DNA of 64,000 nucleotides from assembly GCA_963845755.1 (NCBI GenBank), contig CAWJTV010000031.1, forward strand, positions 224,001 through 288,000, in the 5' to 3' direction. Below, piece after piece: positions 42,694 to 55,245 of this stretch. The position numbers and the translations under genes are program-made. The notes under the pieces were generated by a model. The model had not been told where the DNA came from, did no database searches, and worked only from the letters and a program-made list of their open reading frames with translations. This DNA is from an uncultured Planctomycetota bacterium. Lineage in GTDB: Bacteria > Planctomycetota > Planctomycetia > Isosphaerales > Isosphaeraceae. Position 1 is the stretch's first letter, and every line of letters starts with the position of its first letter.

Positions 42694-44090
42694 TCAAGTT
42701 GCCTTGGGGACGGTCGCGGCCGCCTCGGTCGCGGCGATCGTAGGGTCGCCGGATGCAAGCTCCTGGGAGATGATGAGCTGCCGTCCGATCGGTCGCATTG
42801 CGGGTAGGTTGAGCCCGAATGCGACGGCTCCGGCGATGCAGGCGACGCCACCGGCCGCGACGGCGGCCGGCGCGCCGTATCGGCCGGCCAGCAGCCCGGC
42901 CAGCAGCGCGCCGAGGGGTGCCATGCCCATGAACATCATCGTATAGACCGACATGACCCGGCCGCGCAGCGTTTCGGGCACCATGGCCTGGATCAGGGTG
43001 TTCGACGCGGCGGACTGGACGATCTGGGCAAAGCCGACCGGGACCAGTAGGGCCGCCGAGAGCCAGAAATGCCCCGAGTTCGCGAACGCAATCAAACCCA
43101 CGCCAAACGAAGCCGAGGCCCAGGCGACCCAACGGCCCAGCCCGCGAACCTCCTGCGCGCGGCCAAAGTCAAGGCGCCGAAGAGGGCTCCCAGGCCCGCG
43201 GCGCCCATGAGCAGCCCGAGACCGCGCGCACCGGCATGGAGGATCTCGTCGGCGAAGATGGGCATCAGAACGGCGTAGGGCATACCGGTGAGGCTGACCA
43301 GGCCCAGCAACAAGAGGAGGGCTCGGATCGGCACCGTGTGCGCCGCGAACGAGAAGCCCTCGACGATTCGGCCCAGGCGCGTCTCGCCGGTAGGGCGCGA
43401 TGGCATGGGCTTGGGATGCATCATCAGGAGGCCGGCAAGTACTGCGAGATAGCTGACGCCGTTGAGCAAGAAGCACCAGCCCTCGCCGATCGCAGCGACC
43501 AGCAGGCCGGCGATTGCCGGCCCCACGATCCGGGCACCGTTGAACATCGATGAATTCAGGGCGATGGCGTTCATCAGGTCGTTGCGCCCGACCAACTGGA
43601 CCAGGAACGACTGCCGAGCCGGGATGTCGAACGCATTGACGACACCCAGGAGCGACGCCAGGACGAAGATGTGCCAGAGCTGCACGCGCCCGGCGAGCGT
43701 CAAGGCAGCCAGAACGAGGGCCAGGCACAGGGCGCAGGTCTGGGTGCCGATGATGATGCGATGCCGGCTCCGCGCATCGGCCAGGCTGCCCCCGGCCGGC
43801 GCCAGCAGGAAGACCGGTATCTGACCGGCGAAGCCTACCAGGCCCAGCAAGACCGACGAGCCTGTCATCCGATAGACCAGCCAGGCTTGCGCAACGCTCT
43901 GCATCCAGGTCCCGATCAAGGAGATAAGCTGACCGCAGAAGAAGAGCCGAAAGTCGCGATGCGTCAGGGCGCGGAGGACCGCAGGGCCCGCTTTCTTCCT
44001 CGCGACGGGCGAGGTCGAGGTGTCCGCCGCGACGCGCGGAACCGGCCGCTCCGCTTCCGGCAGTCTGTCGGTTCCGGCGCGTTCATCCAA
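42694..44090 (-). CDS. MFS transporter (MFS_3-like); frameshift near 43145; start uncertain (TTG 44090)
   Basis: RDFRLFFCGQLISLIGTWMQSVAQAWLVY, NAFDIPARQSF, NAIALNS..FNGARIVGPA, LRGRVMSVY. Confidence 0.9.
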
Positions 44091-44266
44091 CGCGAAGACC
44101 CTCCCCAGCCTCGAGCCACTCGGCCCGGCTCCCCGATCGAGACGCGATCGGAGTTGACGCAAGAATAGTGCCACGCATGACCTGCGATCAAGGTCGATCC
44201 GAACGGGGCCTGGCTGGTCTCAGTGGGAAGCGGATCCAGTAAGATAGAAGCACCCGGAGGGTTCCC

Positions 44267-45982
44267 ATGTGCGCCGACTACCTCGACGAAGGTTTCCCCA
44301 AATCACGTTCGACACAGGAAAAGTTCGTATCAGCCTCACCGTCCCGCATAAGGACCATCTTGCGGACGATGGTCGCGGTGACGGTCTGTGGCGGCGTGTT
44401 ATGGTGGACCGTACAAGTCGTGTTGACGGACAATCATGAGGCAAAGGAAGCGATCCGAGCGATGGGATCCTGGAGTGCCTCCGATCGGGTCCGCGCCATC
44501 CAGGATCTCGAGATCGCCGGCCTGGGGAACGGGAGGATCGCGATCCCGCCCCTGATCGATGCGCTCCGAGATGAGGATGCCCGCGTCCGGACGGCGGCGG
44601 CTGTGGCGCTCGGCCCGATCAGCAACGACCGATCCACGCCCGGATTCGACCGAGACACCGTCCGCGCCGCGATCCTCGCCCTGCTCGGCTCCCTGAAGGA
44701 CGCCGACCTGTCCGTCCGCACCGCAGTGGCGAATGCGCTGATCAACATGAACGTAGCGCGAGATGCTGAGATCATCGATCGTCAGGCGATCATGGCAATC
44801 TTGCTCGAACGACTCGGTGATAAGGATTTACGGACCCGCGTATCGGTGATGCAGATCCTGGCTGCCCTCGGACCTTGGGCCGAGATGGATCCACCGAAGG
44901 AGGTGGTCGCGGCCTTGCGTGATGAATCGGTGGATATCCGGGCGATGGCCGTCGTCACACTGGGCGGCTTCGATCGAGGCCTCGAGCCGCTGATCCCGTC
45001 CCTGTTTCAGGTCATCGAGTCCGATGTGCCCGGCGTCGGCACGGCGTGCGCCGCGTTGCTGGAACGATTGAGTCCGCCGTCGAACCTCACGAAATCTGTC
45101 GTGCCGCAATTGATCGAACTCCTGCACCGGCCAGACGAACGCGTTCGGTCGGTCGCTTGCAGCATGCTCGAGAAACTCGGCCCGGACGCCCGTGCGGCAA
45201 TCCCCTCGTTGATCGCGACCGCCCGGGAAAGGCACAGCGTGTCCGCAAGGCCGGAACTCGCGAACTCGTCCCCGGACATCCGGGCCATCGAGGCCCTGAG
45301 GCGGATCGCGCCCAAGAGCGAGGCAGCCAGCCAGGTCGTCGCAGCCTTGACCGAACTCATCCTGGCCAAGGAGACCGACAAATGGAGGGCCGCGGTCGAT
45401 GCCCTGGTTGGCTTCGGCCCAGACGCCGCGTCGGCCGTCCCCGAGCTGATCCGGGCGCTGCCGAAGAGCATCATGACCGACGCACGGTCTCCCGATCCGT
45501 CGATTGCGATCGTGGCATTGAGCCGGATTGCACCGGGCACGAAGGCGGCCGGCGAGGCGATCGCGGCGCTCGCAGGGGTTAGTTCGGACAGGGACGCCGG
45601 AGATACGGTGGATGCCCAGAGTGCCCTGAGTGAATTCGGGCCGGCCGCCGCATCGGTTATCCCCGACCTGATCCGGAGCCTCAAGGAGCCCGCTCTCGCG
45701 AACCGCCCGCAGGTCGCCGCTTCGGCCGCATGGGCGCTCGAGCGGATCGCGCCGGGCACGGCGTCGAGCGGCGTGGCCGTTAGTGCCCTGATCGACGCCT
45801 TGAGCTCCGAATCGCGATCGACGCGCTCCGGCGCCGCACTCGCCCTGCGGGCATTCGGTCCCGGAGCCTCCCAGGCAATCCCGCATCTTCGCGAGCTGCG
45901 GGACGACCCAGACTCTTTCGTCCGCCGGAGTGCACAGAACACCCTCGAGAGTCTCCTCAAGGCGACCGAGGGCCAGGAGTAA
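44267..45982 (+). CDS. Membrane-anchored HEAT-repeat protein, paralogue 1
   Basis: TM then repeats LIDALRDEDARVRTAAAVALG, LGPDARAAIPSL, FGPAAASVIPDL. Confidence 0.88.
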   Translation: MCADYLDEGFPKSRSTQEKFVSASPSRIRTILRTMVAVTVCGGVLWWTVQVVLTDNHEAKEAIRAMGSWSASDRVRAIQDLEIAGLGNGRIAIPPLIDALRDEDARVRTAAAVALGPISNDRSTPGFDRDTVRAAILALLGSLKDADLSVRTAVANALINMNVARDAEIIDRQAIMAILLERLGDKDLRTRVSVMQILAALGPWAEMDPPKEVVAALRDESVDIRAMAVVTLGGFDRGLEPLIPSLFQVIESDVPGVGTACAALLERLSPPSNLTKSVVPQLIELLHRPDERVRSVACSMLEKLGPDARAAIPSLIATARERHSVSARPELANSSPDIRAIEALRRIAPKSEAASQVVAALTELILAKETDKWRAAVDALVGFGPDAASAVPELIRALPKSIMTDARSPDPSIAIVALSRIAPGTKAAGEAIAALAGVSSDRDAGDTVDAQSALSEFGPAAASVIPDLIRSLKEPALANRPQVAASAAWALERIAPGTASSGVAVSALIDALSSESRSTRSGAALALRAFGPGASQAIPHLRELRDDPDSFVRRSAQNTLESLLKATEGQE

Positions 45983-46125
45983 CTCGCGACGCCAGGAAGG
46001 CCCGCTCTGGCCGCCCAGGAATTGCACCGGTCGTGACCTCCGAGTCAACCCCACTAGAAAAGGGCCCTGGCCGGTCCCTCAGAGAACAGGATCTCGTAAG
46101 ATAGAGACACCTGGAGGATTCCCCT

Positions 46126-47987
46126 ATGAACACCGAACACGCCCACGAACCTCTCCCGGAATCACGACCGGCGCCGGCCGAGTCCCGGACAACCTCGTGG
46201 TCGCGCTCCCGAAGCAGCCTGCCGACGATGTTCGCGGTGGTGATCGCCTGCGGGGTGCTATGGTGGGTCATCCACACCACGTCGTCGTCCGGTCACACGG
46301 CCAAGGAAGCGATCCGGGCGATGGGATCCTGCGAGCGCCTCCGAGAGGGTTGACGGAATCCAGAAGCTCGAGTCCGCCGGTCTGGGTAACGGCAGGATCG
46401 CGATCCCTCCCTTGATCGTCGCACTCGGAGACGAGGATACCCAGGTCCGGTCCGCGGCGGCCATGGCCCTGGGACCGATCGGAACCGACGCGGTCAATGC
46501 CGGCTCCATGGACGACCTGGTCCGTCGCGCGATCGCGTCCTTGCTTGGCGCCCTGAAGGACCCTCAACCTGCCGTTCGCGTCGCCGCCGCCAATGCGTTG
46601 ACGTCCATCATGGCCTCTGAGAAAGCCGGCGGGTTGATCGACCACAAAGCCGCGGTCGTCACCCTCACGGAGAGCCTGGGTGATCCCAAAGTCGAGTTTC
46701 GTTACGCGGCCCTCGGCCTCTGGGGACTGGTCGCACCTGGCGCGGGGGTCAACCCGCCAAAGCAACTAGCTGACGCGCTGAAGGACGAATCGGCCGGCAT
46801 TCGGGCGTCGGCCGTCGGCGCCCTCGTCAGCTTCGGGCGCTGTCTCGACCCGTGGATCCCCTCACTCCTCCAGATGATCGAGAATGACAAAGACCCCGCA
46901 GTCCGCATGGCGTTCAGCACGGCGGTGCCGGGTATCCATCCTCCGGCTGTCTCCGTTGCCGTCATACCCACCTTGATCGCAGCCCTTCGGCGCCCCGACG
47001 GGCAGGTCCGGGATGCGGCCTGTCGCATCCTGATGTCGTTCGGTCCCGAGGCTCGCACGGCGATCCCCGCCCTGATCGCTATGGCCCGGGAAGAATGGAG
47101 CGATTCCCCCGAGCTGGATCGTCAGACATTGGCCCTGGACCGATCGGCCATCCAGGCGCTGGTGAAGATTACGCTTAAGACGGAGTCAGCCGGCCAGGTC
47201 ATCGCGGTTTTGACCGAACTCGTTCGAGAGAAGTCCCCGAAACGTTGCGCGGCCGTGGTCGAGGCCCTCGTTGAATTCGGGCCGGCCGCCGAATCGGCGG
47301 TCCCTACCATGATCCGTGCGCTCTCATGGCGCGTGCCGACGGACAGACGTACGATGTTCGATCGGGCAGTCGCGATCAAGGCGTTGATTCGGATCGCACC
47401 AGGTTCGAAGTCGTCCGGAGAGGTCATTGCGGCCCTGGGGGTGGTCGTGCGAACCGGCGACCCAGGCCTGCAGGTGGATGCTGCTAATGCCCTGGGTGAG
47501 TTGGGCCCGGCCGCCGAATCGGCCGTCCCCGACCTGATCCGTGCGATCGAGGAAGCCGCCCCCGAGAAACGCTTCCAGGTTACCTGGCGGGCCTCCGTGG
47601 CGTTGGGCCGGATTGCACCGTGCACGAAATCGGCCGGTAAGACCATCGCGGCCCTGCACGCGTTACTGCGAATCCGCCCGGCAGATGAGAACTTCCAGAT
47701 AGCGGCAGCCGATGCCCTGGGTGACTTCGGACCGGCCGCCGAATCGGCCGTCCCAGACCTGATTCAGATCGTGAAGGGACCCGCGCGAGCCGGTCGACGC
47801 TCAAGTGATGTCAAGCGCCGCCAGGGCGCTCGTGCGGATCGCGTCGGGCACCCCATCGAATGAAGAGGCGACCCGCGCCCTGACTGGGGCACTCCCCCGG
47901 CTCCGCGCGATCGCCAAAGACCTCGAGAGACCAGTGGCCCGCGAGGCTGCGAAAGAGACCCTGACCAAGTTCGAAGGCCGCAAGTGA
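46126..47987 (+). CDS. Membrane-anchored HEAT-repeat protein, paralogue 2; frameshifts near 46333 and 47800
   Basis: Shares AKEAIRAMGS and AGLGNGRIAIPPLI with paralogue 1; three GPAAESAVP repeats. Confidence 0.82.
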
Positions 47988-48229
47988 CGAGATGACCAGG
48001 ACGGGTATCGGCACCGGCTATGATCTTTGGCGGCGAGTAGCCGACCGGGCGTCCGGAAAAGCGATCCTCCGAGGCCGATCATTCCTCAATCGATAACCGA
48101 ATCGCACGAAATGGCGCTGGAATTGCAAATCAGTCTGGTCTCGAGCGAGAGACGGCCGCAGCCCATCGTCTCATCACGACCGTCCATTCGCTCTTTCGAC
48201 CGACGATCCACTCGGAAGAGGAGGATACC

Positions 48230-48475
48230 ATGAGCGGCATCCCACAGCCCATCAAAGCTCCCACATCTCGACGACCGATCGTCAACCCCGACGCCACCGA
48301 TGAATATAGCACGGGGCAAGCTGCCGACGACGCGGGGGAGGACAGGACGAAGATCCAGATCAACTACATCGATGAAGCCCTCGAGGAATCGATGCCGGCG
48401 AGCGATCCGCCGTCCGCGACGCCCACGACGGGTGTCGGCCCGCCTCCTCGTGATGCCGACAAGACCGGGGCCTGA
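48230..48475 (+). CDS. Small acidic protein with IDEALEESMPASDPPS motif
   Basis: GAGGAT RBS before ATG; DE..EES[F/M]PASDPP motif. Confidence 0.7.
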   Translation: MSGIPQPIKAPTSRRPIVNPDATDEYSTGQAADDAGEDRTKIQINYIDEALEESMPASDPPSATPTTGVGPPPRDADKTGA

Positions 48476-48642
48476 CCCCTGACATTCGGTTGGGACATCT
48501 GACACAATACGCAACTGATGCGTCGTGGTCCGCCCCGTCGAGACCCGTTGCGCCCGTTCCCGAGCGCCCGGGTCCTTGTCGCTCCGGATCGCACGACATT
48601 GGGAAACGCTGTCAAGTCGCAACCATGCTGGGGAGAACCGCC

Positions 48643-49994
48643 ATGAATCGTCGCGAGTTCCTGCAAACCGGGACGGCCACGGCCGGGCTGGCACTGGCGA
48701 GCTCGGGTTACCACGTCGCGGGGTCCACCGCCGCCGACACAAAGCGAGTCGGGTTGATCGGCACGGGCTGGTATGGCAAGGCCGACCTCTTCCGGCTCAT
48801 CCAGGTCGCGCCGGTCGAGGTCGTCTCCCTCTGCGACGTCGACAAGAATATGCTCAAGCACGCGGCCGAGATGACCGCCTGCGCCAGGCTTCGAAGAAAA
48901 CCCCGCGCACCTACTCCGACTATCGGGAGATGCTCAAGGAGAAGGACCTCGATATTGTCCTGATCGCCACGCCCGACCACTGGCACGCTCTGCCGATGAT
49001 CGCCGCCGTCGAGGCCGGTGCCGACATCTACGTCCAGAAGCCGATCAGCGTCAACGTGACCGAGGGCCAGGCCATGCTGGCCGCGGCGCGGAAGCATCAG
49101 CGGGTCGTCCAGGTGGGCACCCAGCGCCGCAGCACGCCCCATCTCATCGAGGCCCGCGACCGGATCATCCGCGAGGACAAGCTCGGTAAGATCGGGCTCG
49201 TCGAAATCTGCTGCTATTACCACATGCGCAATAACTCGAACCCACCGGACACCAATCCGCCGGACTCCCTCGACTGGGAGATGTGGACCGGACCGGCCCC
49301 GATGCGGCCTTATAACCCGATCGCCCATCCGCGAGGCTGGCGGGCGTTCATGGAGTATGGCAACGGCATCGTGGGGGATATGTGCATCCACATGCTCGAC
49401 ATGGTGCGCTGGATGATCGGGCTGGGCTGGCCCCAGAGGATCAGCTCCGAGGGCGGGATCCTGATGTCCAAGGGATCCAAGGCGAACATCGCCGACACCC
49501 AGACGGCCACCTTCGAGTTTGGCGACCTGCCGGTGATCTGGCAGCATCGCACCTGGGGCGAGTCGCCCCCGAAATACCCCTGGGCCGCGACGTTCTACGG
49601 CGAGAAGGGCACGCTCAGGGCAGACGTCATGGGCTACGACTTCACGCCGATCGGCGGGGGCAAGCCGAGCCACGTGGATGTGAAGTACGAGCTGGAAGAA
49701 TACCCCGTGGACAAGACCGAGAAGGACCTGGAGCGTCACGTCGCCCCGGCGATCCGCGGACACATGAAGGACCTCCTCGGCGCGATCGCCTCGCGCGGCC
49801 GGCCGGTGGCCGACATCGAGGAGGGCTACATCTCGACGGCGAGCTGCATCATGGCCAACCTGGCCATGAAACTGGGCCGCACGCTCACCTGGGACCCCCA
49901 GGCCGGCAAGGTCGTCTCGGACGACGAGGCCAACCGGCTCCTGAGTCGCCCATATCGCGGTCCGTGGGTCCATCCCGGCCAGGGGAACTCCTGA
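48643..49994 (+). CDS. Tat-exported Gfo/Idh/MocA oxidoreductase; frameshift near 48878
   Basis: MNRREFLQ, VGLIGTGWYG, IATPDHWH, YVQKP, VQVGTQRRS, GDMCIHMLD. Confidence 0.92.
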
Positions 49995-50030
49995 CAGGTC
50001 GCTTGCTCAGGAAACGATTCCGACTCGACC

Positions 50031-53000
50031 TCACCGGCCCCTGAAGAACGCGGTCAGGGGCCGCACCGACGTCTTCAGAGACTTGAGGGTGGGGACCACC
50101 GCCGGTGAGGTGCTCGCCGAGAAGTCGGCGGTCCCTCGATACTCGACGGTAAACGACTTCTTCAAGGCCGCCAGTTTCGTGAACGTCTGGACGGCCGTGC
50201 CATTGCCCAGGGTCGCCGTCCTGATCGCATGGCCCTTGCGGAAAAACGTCACGACGCCCGTCGGTACGCCGACGGCCGGCGAGACGACCAGGACCTGCGA
50301 CAGGAGCTCCACCTTGACGATCTTGCCGCGTTTGTTCCGGACGGCCTGCGCCGTGAGGGTCACCTGCGTGGAGGCAGCGCAACACGCTCTCTCCGGCGGT
50401 TCCGGATTGGCTCGACGTGAAATTCGGCGTCGCCCGAGTAAGTCGCCGTGATCGCGTGCGAACCGACGCCGAGCGACGCGGTGTCGAATGACGCCCGACC
50501 CGTGGTCGGATTGACCGGCACCGTGGCGATCGGGACGTTGTCGGCCAGGAACGTAACCGTCCCTGTCGGCTGGCCCGTGCCGGGGCTGATCGGGGCAACC
50601 TGAGCGGTGAACGTGGTGGTCTGGCCGAGCACCGACGTGCCATTTGAGGCGCTCAAGGCCAACGAGCTACCGGCCTGAGTCACGGTGAGCGTGCCCGGCA
50701 TGATACGTGATCGTATAGTCGCTCGACGCGGCGCCCGCCGCATTGATCGCGTAAGCACCCACCGGACTGGCGGCCGTGGCGGACGTCGTCAGGCTCGGGG
50801 ACGTGGTCAATTTTGCGGCCGTGTCGCCGTTGACAAACCCGGTGTAGGCGACCGTCAGGGCCGGGAGTGCCGCGCCGTAGACCTTCGATGCATCGTTGGC
50901 CGTGATCGTCAAGGCTGCCGGAGTCACCGAGAGGTTTGCACCGACGAAAGTGATGGTGTAATTGCCGTCGACGGCGGTCAGCGTCCCCTGAGTGATCGGA
51001 TAGCTGCCGACCTGGGACTTCGATGTCGCCGTCGTCGCCAGCGAGCCGGAGAGGGCCGAGGCCGGCGTGTCGACTCCGATCAGGCCACTCGTGCTGTCGG
51101 TCAGGGCGGGGACGGTCCCGCCGTAGGTCATCGTCGCGGGGTTGGCCGTCACCGTGAGCGGAGCCGGGTTAATGGTGGCGCTCGCGAGGATCGGCGAGGT
51201 GATGGTGTAGTCACTTGCGTCGGCACCCGTGAGCAACAGCCCGCCCACGAGCACGGATTTGTCGATACCCGCATTACTGTCGGAGAATGAGCCGACGGCC
51301 CCGCTGGCCACCAAGCCGACCTCATCGCCACCGATCACGCCGGAGAGCCCTGCCGCGCCGGTGTTGATCTTGGCGGACGTGGTGCCGTCATAGATCTTGT
51401 CCTCCGCCGTGATGCCGGTCACCACCAGAGACTTCGCCACGATCACCCCGACTGGCCCCGAGACCGAGTCGTTGCCCAGCACGTAGTTGGCGGCGCCGGT
51501 GCCGGTGAGCGACAGCCCGATGACGCTGACCGTCTTGCCCGTGCCGACCTGGCTCGTGTCATAGGTGCCGGCAGTCGGCCCATCGAGGCTCACGTCGTCG
51601 CCGTTCTTCACTCCCGAGAGCTCGTAGTTTCCGGCGGAGAGCGTGGCGGTGGTGGTGCCATCGTAGGTCTTCGTGACCGTCCCGGTGAGCGAGCCCGTGA
51701 TCGTGAGCGGGGTGATGGTCAAGGAAGCGGGCATCATCGTGATACTACTGCCGAGATCGCTCGACGGGGCCGGGTCGTACACGGCGTAGATCTCATGCGG
51801 AGAGCCGGTGACGTCCAACTTGCTCGTCGTATACGTTGCTTGGCCTTGGCCGTTCACGGCGGCAATGTCGAGCTGAGTGCTGCCGATGGCCGGGTTGCCG
51901 TCGTAGAAGGTGACCTCGCCGTTCGAGAGGCCCTGGGTGCCGGTTTGGCCGCCCGATACGGCGGCCGTGAAGGTAACCGATTGGCCATAGGTGGCGCTCG
52001 ATGTCGACGCCGAGATCGTGGTGATCGTGGGGAACGGGAGGGCGGTCAGGATAACATCATCGCCCGACCCGCCCTTATATGTGATTTTGAAGGGGTAGCC
52101 ATCGATTACGTCCGTGCTCCCCTCCGCAAGGCCACTGAAGGTCCCGCTGACACTCGTTCCGCTCCCGTTCCGGACGATCGTCAACTGGTCGCCGACATTC
52201 GGGGTGTAACCGCCGGTGAGCGCGGCGGCCAGCGTCCCGCCGAGGATCACGCCCCCACTGGGATCGACCTGGCCGAAGGCGGACGTGCCGGGGCCGGCGA
52301 GCTGGGCGACGAAGGTCGAATTCGTGTCCATGGTCAGGCTGCCGATCTTCAATGCACCCTTGCCGTCGCCAGGGCTCAGGGAACCACCCGTGATATCGAC
52401 GTCGCCGACCGTGCCTCCGCCGCCCAGGGTGCTGCCGGCGTCGACCTGCACGGGGCCGACCGTGCCGTCGACGAGCAGGGTCGTCCCGGAGCCTTCGACG
52501 GTCGTCGTGCCGGAATACGTGTTCGCACCCGAGAAAGCCGCCCCACCACCTCCGGTGATCGTGATCCCCGTCGTGGAATCGCCGATCACGGCCGAGATGG
52601 ACAGGTCCTTGCCGGGGGTGCTGACGTTATTGGTTTCGAGGACCGTGAACGTCCGCGACGCTCCGCCCAGGTCCAGATTGCCGCTGATCGATGAGCCCGC
52701 CGCATTGGGACCGTCGCTCGCGGTAAGGTCGCCGCCCAGAGTCAGGGTGCCCGTTCCGGTCGTGACGGCGCCGCCGGTCATCGTCAGAGCGCCGATGGTT
52801 TCCTTGTTCCCATCGAGGACAAGCGACCCTCCGTCATTGACTGTTACGTTCGACCCGTTCGCGAGCTGGTCCGAGGCGTTATCCTCAACCATGGCGGCGC
52901 TCGTGCCGTCCCCGATGACCAGATTGCCGGGGACGGCAATCGCCCCGCCGGACTTGTTCAGCACGATCGTCGAGCCGGTGTCCACAGTGGTCCCGATATA

Positions 53001-53535
53001 GCTGTTGCTCGCCGAGCCACCGAGGCCGACCTTACCGCCCCCCGAGACGGTCAAGCCGTTGGAGCCGGTCAGTGCTCCGTCCAGGTCGAGCTCGCCACCA
53101 GTACCGACGGAAATCGGGCCGCCCAGTTGCGTATTGATCGTATCGCTCGAGGTGCCCGAGGTATACGTCGTGGTGATGCCCTGCGTCAGGCTGATCGCAT
53201 TGCCGGACAGTGCATAACCGGATCCGTCGATCTCGATCGAGCTGAAGTTTGTCGTGGCCGGGAAGTCGTTCACTGAGTTGAGCTTGGACACGCCCGCCGG
53301 GAAGACCAGGGAAGCCCCAACCGTCGGCAGGATCCCTCCCGACCAGTTCGCAACTCGTCGTCCAGTTGTTGTCGGCTCCACCCCCGGTCCAGGTGGAAAG
53401 GACGATCCGGCTTTCCAGGGATTCCACGTCTGGATGACGGTCCCGACCTCGTATCGCGTGGCGCCGGACCCGTCGAACAACGCCTCCACGATCGATCCGA
53501 CGGTCCATCGATTCCGGTGAAAGGATACGGAACAT
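50031..53535 (-). CDS. Large extracellular protein: planctomycete export motif, autotransporter-type beta-strand repeats, Big_3, YDG and MBG domains; several frameshifts (~53355, 50700, 50420, 50385)
   Basis: VESLESRIVLS; SGANTYSGTTTV; YGQSVTFTA; KTYDGTT/KIYDGTT; LTITANDASKVYGAALPAL; LGVGSHAITATYSGD. Confidence 0.85.
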
Positions 53536-54197
53536 GGACGATTCTCCTTGACTGCTGGCTTGACGTTGTGGTTAGCAGGGAACCTGTCAAAGTCACGTCG
53601 ATTCCGTTCGCGCGACCATCCCCTTCGCGAACAGGAGCTCGACGCAATCTCACCGCCGATCCCGTTCTCATCCCGATCGGCAAGGCCTCGAGGTACGGCC
53701 CAGATCTAGAGCGATCCCGCGCGATCTCCGGGAAGAGACTCTTGCCTGTCCGTGACAACCGTCTCCCTCCCCATAGAGAGAGCGCACAGAGTACTGCGAC
53801 GTCATCATTACGTCTAACATCATTGTGTGCATGCTAAACCTAAAACTCAAGAGGTTCCCACCATGAATTCTTGCGGGGCATCTGGAGAATTGGATATGCT
53901 TTCATGGGAGTGGCTCTGATTCCATCCTGAACAGGAGATAAGGGGCGACCGCGCGAGGTCGAGAACGAAGGCGTCCAGGTTAATTCTACACGCGCATTTG
54001 CCTTATGGATTGTCGGGGCGAAATGAAGCGTCCATGCTCAGGGATCGCACCGGGTGGAAAGGCACGTCTGCGGTTCAGAGGAGCGGATACAACTCACAAG
54101 TCTCCTTGGAGTTGCGGCGAGTTGCATGCATCTGACGCCTGAGGCCGTCATGATCCTGATGATTCTCGATCGTCTTGTGGATCGCCCTCGTGCGGGA

Positions 54198-55203
54198 TCA
54201 TCGCGACAAGCTCCGGGCGATCGACTCGGCCGCGGGCGGATGTGCCAGCCCGAAGCAACGATCGGCCCGTTCGCCCTGGACGTGCAGCCGGAGGAACCCT
54301 CCGGCGACGAGCTGTCGCGAGACGTCGGGAACCCACGGCCGAATCCAGGGCGCCAGCCAGCCGGCGGCGCGGCTGACCGTCGCCTCCCATCGATCGGGCA
54401 AGGTCATGACCCAGCGGGGCCGGCCGGTGATCGAGGCGACGACCGCGGCCAGTTCCGGATAGCTCAGGTACGGTCCGACCACGGCATAACGCTGGCCGTG
54501 GCCCCCGAAGATGAGCGCGACGACGGTGCGCATTCGCCAGCAGTTCCACGTCAACGATCGGGATTCCTCCGTGAGGGAGCACGACCACGGCACTGCGCGC
54601 CATCGTCCGGACGATCATCGTCGAGGTGGGCTTCAGGTCGCGCGGGCCCATCACCATCCCCGGGCAGAGCGCGATCGTCGAGAACCGGGACATGCCGGCC
54701 CCGAGGACCATCCGCTCGGCCTGCCGCTTGGTCTGGGTATAGGGCGATTCCACCCGCTGGAGATTCCACGCCGTGAACTCGTCGGCGGGCTGGTCGGGAG
54801 TGCCGGCGGCCAGCGTATATAATGTTGATGTGTAGATAAATCGCTCGATACCGGCACGGTCGGCCTCGGCCAGCAGTTGGCGCGTCGCCTCGACGTTGAT
54901 GGCATGGCTGGTCCCCCGGGGATCCAGGCCGAGGCAGACCCAGCCCGCGGTATGGATCACTCCGCGGACGCCCACCAGCGCCCGGCGACGAATCTCCGCA
55001 TCCCGCAGGTCGCCCATCACCCACTCGATCGGCGGGTCGTCCGGCTCGGTGACCGGCTTGCGCCGCGACAGCCCGCGCACCCAGTGACCCGCGCCGGCCA
55101 GCGCGCGGGCGATGTGTCCTCCCACGAATCCCCCGGCACCCGTGACCAGGACCGGCCACTCGGCCGGATCGGGCTCTCGGCCATCCCAGGTGCATACGGG
55201 CAT
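54198..55203 (-). CDS. NAD-dependent epimerase/dehydratase (extended SDR, HpnA/DFR-like); frameshift near 54520
   Basis: VLVTGAGGFVG, VIHTAG, YTST, YTQTK, PGMVMGPRD. Confidence 0.88.
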
Positions 55204-55245
55204 CCGCTGAGGCGACCGCCTCGCTGATCGGGCCGATGCGACAGC

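Noticed and set aside
53540..54190. Small ORFs or a riboswitch in the lower-GC gap upstream of the surface protein
   Set aside because: ORFs lack coding-like composition; only one modest hairpin (GTTCGCG...CGCGAAC); likely promoter DNA.
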